Source: Dehalococcoidia bacterium (GTDB lineage Bacteria; Chloroflexota; Dehalococcoidia; Bin125). From it: a stretch of DNA of 64,000 nt. Shown here one piece after another: positions 36,311-43,855 of this stretch (position 1 is its first letter; each line of letters opens with the position of its first letter). The translations under genes and the position numbers were made by a program. The notes under the pieces were generated by a model, which was not told the DNA's origin, searched no databases, and worked only from the letters and a program-made list of their open reading frames with translations. The DNA lies in contig OZ242281.1 in assembly GCA_965207365.1 (NCBI GenBank), forward strand, positions 2,173,331 to 2,237,330, in the 5' to 3' direction.

Positions 36311-37416
36311 ACACCCGCACGCTTGGCCGCTCCACCATCGCCGGACTCACGGCCGTCGGCCGACTGGTCCGGCGCGAACCCGTTGGTACGTTCGGATTCC
36401 TGATCCTGCTTGTCTGGAGCGTCGTCGCCCTGGGCGCTATCGGTTCAGGTGGCGGCTGGCTCGGCATCGGTCGCTACGACAGCAGTGAAGTATTCAGGAC
36501 GCTGAATATCGAGTTCGCGCATCTCAAGGCCGCCGCCGCTCTGGATGGGTCGCCCGCAGACCTCTCCCACCAGCAGATCCAGGAGCTATTGGCCTCGCCG
36601 GACGTATACGGTCCCTTTGCCGAAGCCACCGATGTACAAGGCGTGATTCAGCACTACTTGCAACCACTGATCGCTGAGGGAGAACTGATCCCGCTCCTCT
36701 CAGCCGGCAGATCGCCCCACATCGAGGTGACGGGTGGGGTGATTCACCAAGTGGGCCAAGGATTTTCCAGAGACGCAAATCGGCCTCTGGTCATCAACTC
36801 GCTGCAACCGCCCTCAGGGGCGCACTGGTTCGGTACCAACCAGACAGGCAACGACATCTACGCGGTGATTGTCGATCGCGCCTGGCGAGTCCTCTACATC
36901 GGCTTCCTCGCAGCGGTAACCGGAGTCGCCGCCGGCGTGCTCCTAGTGCTCGCCGCGCAGCCGCTGCGAGCCACACGGATCGGCCGCGCTCTCGCGGCGC
37001 TGATCGGTTCAGTGCTGGACGGCCTACTGGCGCTACCGCCGCTGATCCTGCTGCTCCTGGCTGTGTTTGGACACGGACCGCGGGATCTCGCACTAATCTT
37101 GCCGCTCGCCGCGTTCGCCCTCCCGTTCGTCTGGCGGACATTCAGCGAGTCCGATTCGGGCGTCGCGCCAGCGGCGCTGATCGTCGTCTTCCGAAATGTG
37201 ATGTTGATCGCCATCCTGTCCGAGGCAGCCCTGAGTTTCATCGGCCTCTCCTGGGGTTGGGGGCTGTTGGTCGCGCATGGTCGCCAGTACATTGTTCAGG
37301 CGCCCTGGCTGACTCTGTCTGCCGGACTGGCGATAACCTCAGTGCTGCTGGGTGTGTGCGCCCTGGGCTATGGACTCCGCAACCTGACCGAAACACGCAA
37401 AGGCGAGGCGCAATGA
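36307..37416 (+). CDS. divergent DppC-like membrane protein, EAA loop missing (C3)
   Basis: ATG 36307 overlaps the B3 stop (ATGA). Retains GGGWLGIGRYDS, HWFGTNQTGNDIY and SEAALSFIGL, but has no FVEAAR..G motif. Confidence 0.75.
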   Translation: MNTRTLGRSTIAGLTAVGRLVRREPVGTFGFLILLVWSVVALGAIGSGGGWLGIGRYDSSEVFRTLNIEFAHLKAAAALDGSPADLSHQQIQELLASPDVYGPFAEATDVQGVIQHYLQPLIAEGELIPLLSAGRSPHIEVTGGVIHQVGQGFSRDANRPLVINSLQPPSGAHWFGTNQTGNDIYAVIVDRAWRVLYIGFLAAVTGVAAGVLLVLAAQPLRATRIGRALAALIGSVLDGLLALPPLILLLLAVFGHGPRDLALILPLAAFALPFVWRTFSESDSGVAPAALIVVFRNVMLIAILSEAALSFIGLSWGWGLLVAHGRQYIVQAPWLTLSAGLAITSVLLGVCALGYGLRNLTETRKGEAQ

Positions 37417-38456
37417 CATCCTTTGACCACGCCACCGACGCTCCTGAACTCCCCGGTGGCATTCTTCGATTCACGCTGCCGATGCCTCCTCCGTTGGGCC
37501 ACGTGCATGTCTGGTTGATCTCGACCGGCAATGGCTGGGCCATGTTCGACGCCGGCTTCCCGTCACCGCAGGGCGTCGACAAACTCGAGCAAGAGATCCA
37601 GCCGCTGCTCACCGACGGCCGCCGGCTCGAGGCCGTCTTCATCAGTCACTACCACCCTGATCACACCGCGTTCGCCGGTCGGTTGCAACGTGCGTTCGAT
37701 TGCGATGTCTACGTCCACGAGGCCGACTGGGAACGCATGCAGATGATGAACGCCATGCGCCAGGCCGACGACGGCTCCGGCGAGGCATTCCGTCGCAGGT
37801 TCTCCAGCGGCTGGACGGAATCGCTTGACGACCATCAATTCGATGGAGAACAGTCGCAGGACGCCAGCGACAGCATGTTCTCGCGGATGCGCGACGCAAT
37901 GAAAGATATCGAGCTGCCGATGCCGGAACCGACCGTCCTGCAGGGCGGCGAAGTGATCGAGGTCGGCGGACGCAACCTGGAAGCAATCTGGACGCCCGGA
38001 CACACCGACGGTCACCTGTGCGTCCGCGAGCTCGACCAGGACGCGCTGTTCACCGGCGACCATCTGCTCGGCCGGATCACGCCGCACATCGGGATGTGGC
38101 CGGATCAGGAGCGGTCGCCGCTGCCAGACTTCGAAGAGTCACTCAAGCTGGTCCAGGAGTTGAACTCATCGATCGCGCTACCCGCTCACGAGGCGATCAT
38201 CGAGCATCCGGCCGAGCGTGCCGCTGAGATTCTGGAACACCATCAGGAGCGACGGGTGGAGATGCTCAATGCCGTCTCGGACGGCAATCACTCGGTCAAA
38301 GACATCGCAATCCAGACCTTCCCCAAGCGAGCCCACGACCGGATGCAGTTGACGATGGCAATGTCCGAAACCGTCGCCCATCTCGAAGCGCTGGTTGAGG
38401 AAGACAAGCTGACCCGCAGCGGCGGCGATGTCGAACGGCGTTACACGCTCGTCTGA
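37413..38456 (+). CDS. MBL-fold metallo-hydrolase
   Basis: ATG 37413 overlaps the C3 stop (ATGA). Carries the HxHxDH motif ISHYHPDHTAF and TPGHTDGH. Confidence 0.85.
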   Translation: MTSFDHATDAPELPGGILRFTLPMPPPLGHVHVWLISTGNGWAMFDAGFPSPQGVDKLEQEIQPLLTDGRRLEAVFISHYHPDHTAFAGRLQRAFDCDVYVHEADWERMQMMNAMRQADDGSGEAFRRRFSSGWTESLDDHQFDGEQSQDASDSMFSRMRDAMKDIELPMPEPTVLQGGEVIEVGGRNLEAIWTPGHTDGHLCVRELDQDALFTGDHLLGRITPHIGMWPDQERSPLPDFEESLKLVQELNSSIALPAHEAIIEHPAERAAEILEHHQERRVEMLNAVSDGNHSVKDIAIQTFPKRAHDRMQLTMAMSETVAHLEALVEEDKLTRSGGDVERRYTLV

Positions 38457-38525
38457 TCAGGTCAAGCGACCGCGATTCCTCTACCTTCTACCTCGACGTA
38501 GAGCACGACTCATGTGGAGGTTCGC

Positions 38526-39401
38526 ATGGCTGATCAGTCTGGCAAGGTCGCATTCATCACGGGAGCGGGTTCGGGAATCGGTCAGGGCACTGCCGTCCGG
38601 CTGGCGCGCGACGGCGCCGACGTTTGCATCGCCGAGATCGACCTGGACGGCGCAGCGGAGACTGCGTCGATGGTTCGCGAGTTCGGACGCTCAGCTCATG
38701 TCGTGCAATGCAATGTTGCGTCGCAGTCGCAGGTGCAAGCCGCGGCAGACGAATGTGTCAAGGAGCTGGGCGGTATCAACATCGCGGTCGCTAACGCAGG
38801 CATCGGACGCGGCGGTTCGGTCCTCGACATGCCGCTGAAGGACTGGCAAGACCAGGTCGACATCAACCTCACGGGCGTCTTTCTGACGGTTCAGGCCGCA
38901 GCGCAGCGGATGGTGGCGCAGGGCGACGGCGGACGGATCGTCTGCATCTCTTCATTGGCTGCGCTCAGCACCAGTCAGTGGATGTGGAGCTACTCCGCAA
39001 CAAAGGCCGGCGTGGCTATGATGGTCCGCGGCTGGGCCTCTGACCTCGGGCCACACGGGATCAACATCAACGCGATCGGTCCCGGCGTGATCGACACCCC
39101 GCTGGCGCATGGTCTCGCCGGAGACGAAGGCGGCCCAATTCGAACCGCATTGGAAGAGGCGACTCCGCTCGGTCGCTCAGGCGCACCATCCGATATCGCC
39201 GGCCTGATCTCGTTCCTGGTCGGCCATGACGCCGACTTCATGACCGGCAGCTACCTCGTCATGGACGGTGGCATACGCGACGCGCGCGGAGGGAATCTGC
39301 TCGAAGATCCTGAGACGCCGCTTGGTCAGGAGCGTGCACGTCACATGCACGCCTCTGAGGAGCGCAACGCACGAATGCAGCCGCTGATCGATCAGCGATA
39401 G
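38526..39401 (+). CDS. SDR-family oxidoreductase
   Basis: VAFITGAGSGIGQG, NAG, and YSATK (YxxxK). Confidence 0.88.
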   Translation: MADQSGKVAFITGAGSGIGQGTAVRLARDGADVCIAEIDLDGAAETASMVREFGRSAHVVQCNVASQSQVQAAADECVKELGGINIAVANAGIGRGGSVLDMPLKDWQDQVDINLTGVFLTVQAAAQRMVAQGDGGRIVCISSLAALSTSQWMWSYSATKAGVAMMVRGWASDLGPHGININAIGPGVIDTPLAHGLAGDEGGPIRTALEEATPLGRSGAPSDIAGLISFLVGHDADFMTGSYLVMDGGIRDARGGNLLEDPETPLGQERARHMHASEERNARMQPLIDQR

Positions 39402-39419
39402 AGCGATGGGGAGGTTCCA

Positions 39420-40520
39420 ATGGCCGCAATGCCCGATCTTCCCGACGCCGCGCGCGCCATGGTGCTGACCGGCGTGCGCCAACTGGAGATGCAGGAGTTT
39501 CCGATTCCCGACATCGGCCCCGACGACGGCCTGCTGCGCATGGAAGTCTGCGGTATCTGCGGATCGGACTATGAGCAGTTCAATGGCGAATTCTCTGTGC
39601 ACTTCCCGGTGATTCCGGGCCACGAACCGGTCGGACGGATTGCGGCACTGGGCGAGCGCGGGCAAGAGCGCTGGGGCGTTGAGGTTGGTGACCTCGTCTC
39701 CGTCGAGCCTGGAGTGCGTTGTGGTCGCTGCAAGCAATGTCTGGACGGTCGACAGTGCAGCGACGGCGCAGGCATTGGCTACACCTTGACAGATCGCGCG
39801 CCGGCTCTCTGGGGTGGCTACGCGGAGTACCTCTATCTGCATCCGGCAACCGTGATGCACCGGATGCCCAACGACATGCCGCCTCGACTGGCTGCCCTCT
39901 ACAACCCATTGGGCGCCGGCTTCGCCTGGGCGGTCAACGCGACCGACCTGCAAGTCGGACAGACGGTGGTGGTGCTCGGCGCAGGGCAACGCGGCATCTG
40001 CTCGGTCATTGCGGCGCGAGCCGCCGGCGCCGGCACGATCATCACCACCGGCCTGGGTCGCGACGAGCACAAACTCGCGCTGGCCAGGGAGTTCGGCGCC
40101 GACATGACCCTGGTCGCCGATAGCGATCCCGTCGTGGAGCGAGTGCTCGAAGCCACCGATGGTCGAGGGGCTGATGTCGTGATCGATGTCACACCCTACG
40201 CCACCGATCCCGTGTCGGATGCGATGAAGATGGCGCGTCGAGGCGGCACGGTCGTGCTTGCCGGACTCAAAGGCGGCCGTCGTGTGCCTGAGTTCAATTC
40301 CGACGACATCGTGACTCGCCAACTCACGGTTAAGGGAGTCTTCGGCGTCGATCATGAGTCGTTTGTCCAGGCAGTCGATACCATCCGATCAGGTCGCGTT
40401 CCACTGGACAAGTTGCACTCGCATGCATTTGCCTTGGAGGACGCTGCAACGGCAATCGACACGCTCGCTGGCGAGACTGGCGAGCCAGCCGTCAATGTCA
40501 CGATCGAGCCCTGGCTCTGA
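39420..40520 (+). CDS. zinc-dependent MDR alcohol dehydrogenase
   Basis: EVCGICGSDYE, GHEPVGRI and VVVLGAGQRG. Confidence 0.85.
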   Translation: MAAMPDLPDAARAMVLTGVRQLEMQEFPIPDIGPDDGLLRMEVCGICGSDYEQFNGEFSVHFPVIPGHEPVGRIAALGERGQERWGVEVGDLVSVEPGVRCGRCKQCLDGRQCSDGAGIGYTLTDRAPALWGGYAEYLYLHPATVMHRMPNDMPPRLAALYNPLGAGFAWAVNATDLQVGQTVVVLGAGQRGICSVIAARAAGAGTIITTGLGRDEHKLALAREFGADMTLVADSDPVVERVLEATDGRGADVVIDVTPYATDPVSDAMKMARRGGTVVLAGLKGGRRVPEFNSDDIVTRQLTVKGVFGVDHESFVQAVDTIRSGRVPLDKLHSHAFALEDAATAIDTLAGETGEPAVNVTIEPWL

Positions 40521-40627
40521 GTCGGCAGCGATGCACCATCGATACTGAGGGCCGCTAAAGGTCGGTTAGGATTGCTCTATCTGCAATACCGTCGGAGTCG
40601 GTGTCGAGGCATCGATAGAGCCACTAG

Positions 40628-41293
40628 ATGAAGGGAACAGTGATGCCCGAACTCTCTATCAGCGATCAGATCGTTCTGCTGGGCTTGGGTGAAGACGGCG
40701 TGCTCGACCGCCCGTACGACGGGCGGCTGGACTACGCCATCGCTGGGGCTTCCTTGCTTGATTTGTCATTCCTGAACCGAATCGACACTGACCCCAATCG
40801 GCTCTTTATCATCTCCGCCGACTCAACCGGCAATCCGCTGCTCGATAGCGTGCTGCACCAGATCAACTCTGGTCCTCCCAACCAGCCGATCTCGTACTGG
40901 ATATCTGAGATCGCCCGTTACTCGCTCGTTCTGCGACAACAGGTGATCGAGGACCTCCTCGAGCGCAACATCATCCACCGCGAGGCCGGCCGTCGGTTGA
41001 TCGTGCTGAAGTCGGAGAAGTTCCCGCCGACCGACCCACAGGTTGTGCGCGATGTGCAGCGCCGGTTGATCGACACGCTGCTCTCCGATGAGATCCCCGA
41101 GCCGGATGTCGTCGCGCTGATCGGCCTCGCCCGAGCCAGCCGCCTGCTTGAACTGCTGCTGCCCCGTGAGTACCTGGACCGCGTTGAAACCCGTGTCGAG
41201 CAGCTCGCTCGCATGGACCTGATCGGGATGAGCGTCAACCGGACGCTGGACGAGATTCAGGCCGCAGTCGCGCTTGCGGTGCCAGGACTGTAG
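40628..41293 (+). CDS. GPP34 (GOLPH3/VPS74-like) family protein
   Basis: IVLLGLGEDGVLDRPYDGRLDYAIAGASLLDLSFLNRI and the later helical pattern are typical of bacterial GPP34 proteins. Confidence 0.6.
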   Translation: MKGTVMPELSISDQIVLLGLGEDGVLDRPYDGRLDYAIAGASLLDLSFLNRIDTDPNRLFIISADSTGNPLLDSVLHQINSGPPNQPISYWISEIARYSLVLRQQVIEDLLERNIIHREAGRRLIVLKSEKFPPTDPQVVRDVQRRLIDTLLSDEIPEPDVVALIGLARASRLLELLLPREYLDRVETRVEQLARMDLIGMSVNRTLDEIQAAVALAVPGL

Positions 41294-41334
41294 GGCTACC
41301 TCGATCGAGCCTGAGTAGACGAGCGGAGGCGACT

Positions 41335-42543
41335 GTGGATTGGCGAGACACACCGGAACAGGCCGCCTTCCGCGACGAAGTCGCGACCCTGATCGACCAG
41401 CGCTTGCCCCAGCGCTATCGCGAGTTCGCTGCTCGCGGAGCGATGCCGGAACGAGCCTGGGAGAACGACCGCAAGTCGGACAATCCGGTTGCGCTTTCGG
41501 CCGCAGTCGACTGGCACGCTGCGCTCGCCGAGCGTCACTGGGTCGCGCCGCACTGGCCGTCCGAGTACGGCGGCGGCGGTCTCTCGCCGATGGAACAGTT
41601 CATTTTCAACCAGGAACTGGCCGAGTCGGGCGCTCCAGGCGTCGGAGGCTCGGGCGTAAACATGCTCGGACCGACCCTGATCGTCCACGGCTCGGACGAG
41701 CAGAAGGAACAGTACCTGCCGCCGATTCTCAACGGCGAAGTGACCTGGGCGCAGGGCTACAGCGAGCCGGGCTCCGGCTCCGACCTCGCCTCGCTCACGA
41801 CCCGCGCCGTGCGTGATGGCGACGACTTCATCATCAATGGGCAGAAGATCTGGACATCGGCCGCGCACACGGCCGACGCAATGTTCGCGTTGGTCCGCAC
41901 CGATCCCGACGCGCCCAAGCATCGCGGTATCTCCTTCGTCATGATCGACAGCATCAAGACGCCGGGCATCACCGTGCGACCGCTGATCAACATCAACGGA
42001 GACCACTACTTCAACGAGGTCTTTTTCGAGGATGTGCGAATCCCGGCCAGCAATCTCGTCGGTGAGCTGAATCGCGGCTGGTACGTGGGTATGACGCTGC
42101 TCGACTTCGAGCGTTCAAACATCGGTGGCGCGGTCGCGGCTCGACGGCAGTTGCGTCAGTTGATCACGCACATTCATCAGAATGACCAGGGCGCCCGAGA
42201 GCGAGTTACGCCTGAACTGCGTCAGGAAATCGTTGATCGCTGGGTGGAGACCGAGACGCTCTACCAGTTCAGCTTCCGCATCATCTCGATGCAGTCATCG
42301 GGACTTGTCCCGAACTACGAGGCGTCAACAGCCAAACTCTTCGCCTCGGAGCTGAGTCAGCGTCTCGCACAGACGGCAACCAAGGTCTTCGGCCTCCACG
42401 CCCAAACCTGGAGCGATGCACCACCGGCGAGCACGTTCACCAGAAACTACGTCGGCATGGTCCCGGCCACCATCCGAGGCGGAACCTCCGAAGTCCAGCG
42501 AAACGTGATAGCCACCAGGGGTCTGGGCCTGCCGCGGGCCTAG
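41335..42543 (+). CDS. acyl-CoA dehydrogenase
   Basis: GYSEPGSGSDLASLTTRA and C-terminal IRGGTSEVQRNVIATRGLGLPR. GTG start preceded by GGAGG. Confidence 0.88.
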   Translation: MDWRDTPEQAAFRDEVATLIDQRLPQRYREFAARGAMPERAWENDRKSDNPVALSAAVDWHAALAERHWVAPHWPSEYGGGGLSPMEQFIFNQELAESGAPGVGGSGVNMLGPTLIVHGSDEQKEQYLPPILNGEVTWAQGYSEPGSGSDLASLTTRAVRDGDDFIINGQKIWTSAAHTADAMFALVRTDPDAPKHRGISFVMIDSIKTPGITVRPLININGDHYFNEVFFEDVRIPASNLVGELNRGWYVGMTLLDFERSNIGGAVAARRQLRQLITHIHQNDQGARERVTPELRQEIVDRWVETETLYQFSFRIISMQSSGLVPNYEASTAKLFASELSQRLAQTATKVFGLHAQTWSDAPPASTFTRNYVGMVPATIRGGTSEVQRNVIATRGLGLPRA

Positions 42544-42567
42544 GTGACGAAACATGTTCATGTGGTT

Positions 42568-42697
42568 ATATCGCCTGCCATGCGCGATATGTCATGCATC
42601 GATATCTGAACCTTCCCAAATGCGCATGGCCCGTGCGATATATCGCTTGCTCCTTGTGATATATTCCCTTTCACATAGGGCATGTGCGAGATATCGC
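42568..42697. promoter_or_regulatory. cluster of GCGATAT/ATATCGC palindromic operator-like sites upstream of fic
   Basis: ATATCGC-N9-GCGATAT (42568-42590); perfect palindrome GCGATATATCGC (42635-42646); degenerate GTGATATATTCC (42656-42667); TGCGAGATATCGCA (42685-42698). The spacer is relatively AT-rich (30/60 GC at 42601-42660). Confidence 0.45.
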
Positions 42698-42715
42698 ATG
42701 GAGTAGGTCGATTTC

Positions 42716-43810
42716 ATGGCGTACGAGTTGAGGCTCTCCCATCACTCAGATGACGAGCGAACGCTGCGGGCCTTAGACGCAATAGAGCGAAGGCGCGAGA
42801 TTGCGCGAGCGCTCGTGCCAGCGGGTTATGAGGCGTATTTCCAGGATCAGGCACGATTTCTCAGCGCGCACACCACGGTGTCCATCGAAGGGAACCGCTT
42901 GGACTATCAGTCCGTGCAAGTAGCTCTGCTGCATGAGTCAACCGACCCCAACCGGCGAGAAGCGAAGAATGCGGTGGAAGCCTACGAATTCGCGGGCGAG
43001 ATGGCTCAGGATCCCAACCTGCACATCGATTCTGGACTGATGCGGACCTTCAACTCATTCTTGCTCAAAGGACTACCAGGCCGTGTCGGCAGTGAGCGAG
43101 GCCGCTATCGACCAGGTGGCGCCTTGATTCAGGACAGCGTCACCGGGCAGATCAACTACTACGCGCCACCGCCACAATGGGTGGCGGACCTTATACGCTC
43201 TCTCGAGCTTGGGATCAGTGAGTGGATGCAGACGGATCCTCCAGAAATTGCTGCTGCCAAGTCGCATTTCGGCTTGATCAGCATCCACCCGTTTTTCGAC
43301 GGCAACGGTCGCACAGCACGACTCATCGCCGACCTCGTTCTAAACATGACCAACCGCTCTGCTGAAGGCATGCTGTCGATCAGCGGGGTTCTGCTCAAGC
43401 GCCGAGCGGAATACTACGAAGCGCTTCGCACCTCGCAAGGTCCTGAGTTCACGGAGCACGTTGACGTCACCGAGTTTGTCCGATTCCACACAGAGTCGCT
43501 CGCAACTGCAGTTACTGAGCTGGAGGAGAGGACGAGAGTAATGGACATGAGGCGAATTGCATTAGAGCGGGCATACCTAGAGGTACTGAACCCACGCCGT
43601 CTCATTGGCCTGCTTTACCTCTTCGACATTGGCCCGCTGTCGACTTCAGCGTATGCGCGCTTTGCCGGCTGCTCTCAGCAAACCGCACTATCGGACCTGA
43701 ATGAACTCACCGAAGCCTCAGTGGTCGAGCGTCTCGGCAGAGCTTCGGCTACGCGATATGAGCTCACGCGCGCTGCGAAAGCACTGATCGAGGGCGTGGA
43801 CCGGGTCTGA
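42716..43810 (+). CDS. Fic-family AMPylase-type protein with N-terminal inhibitory motif and C-terminal wHTH-like region
   Basis: Active site HPFFDGNGRTARL. TVSIEGN fits the (S/T)xxxE(G/N) inhibitory helix. The C-terminus (TALSDLNELTEASVVERLGRASATRY) looks wHTH-like. Confidence 0.85.
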   Translation: MAYELRLSHHSDDERTLRALDAIERRREIARALVPAGYEAYFQDQARFLSAHTTVSIEGNRLDYQSVQVALLHESTDPNRREAKNAVEAYEFAGEMAQDPNLHIDSGLMRTFNSFLLKGLPGRVGSERGRYRPGGALIQDSVTGQINYYAPPPQWVADLIRSLELGISEWMQTDPPEIAAAKSHFGLISIHPFFDGNGRTARLIADLVLNMTNRSAEGMLSISGVLLKRRAEYYEALRTSQGPEFTEHVDVTEFVRFHTESLATAVTELEERTRVMDMRRIALERAYLEVLNPRRLIGLLYLFDIGPLSTSAYARFAGCSQQTALSDLNELTEASVVERLGRASATRYELTRAAKALIEGVDRV

Positions 43811-43855
43811 CCCCGGTGTGAGGTATCTGGCTGCTTTCTGAGACGAAACAAGGAC

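Noticed and set aside
36058-37416. Track ORF starts that extend far upstream (36058, 29974, 37257, 53948, 60009, 2389, 10068)
   Set aside because: The upstream extensions overlap the preceding genes or repeats and translate to Arg/Pro-rich junk. Internal starts give canonical N-termini, RBSs or ATGA/GTGA coupling.
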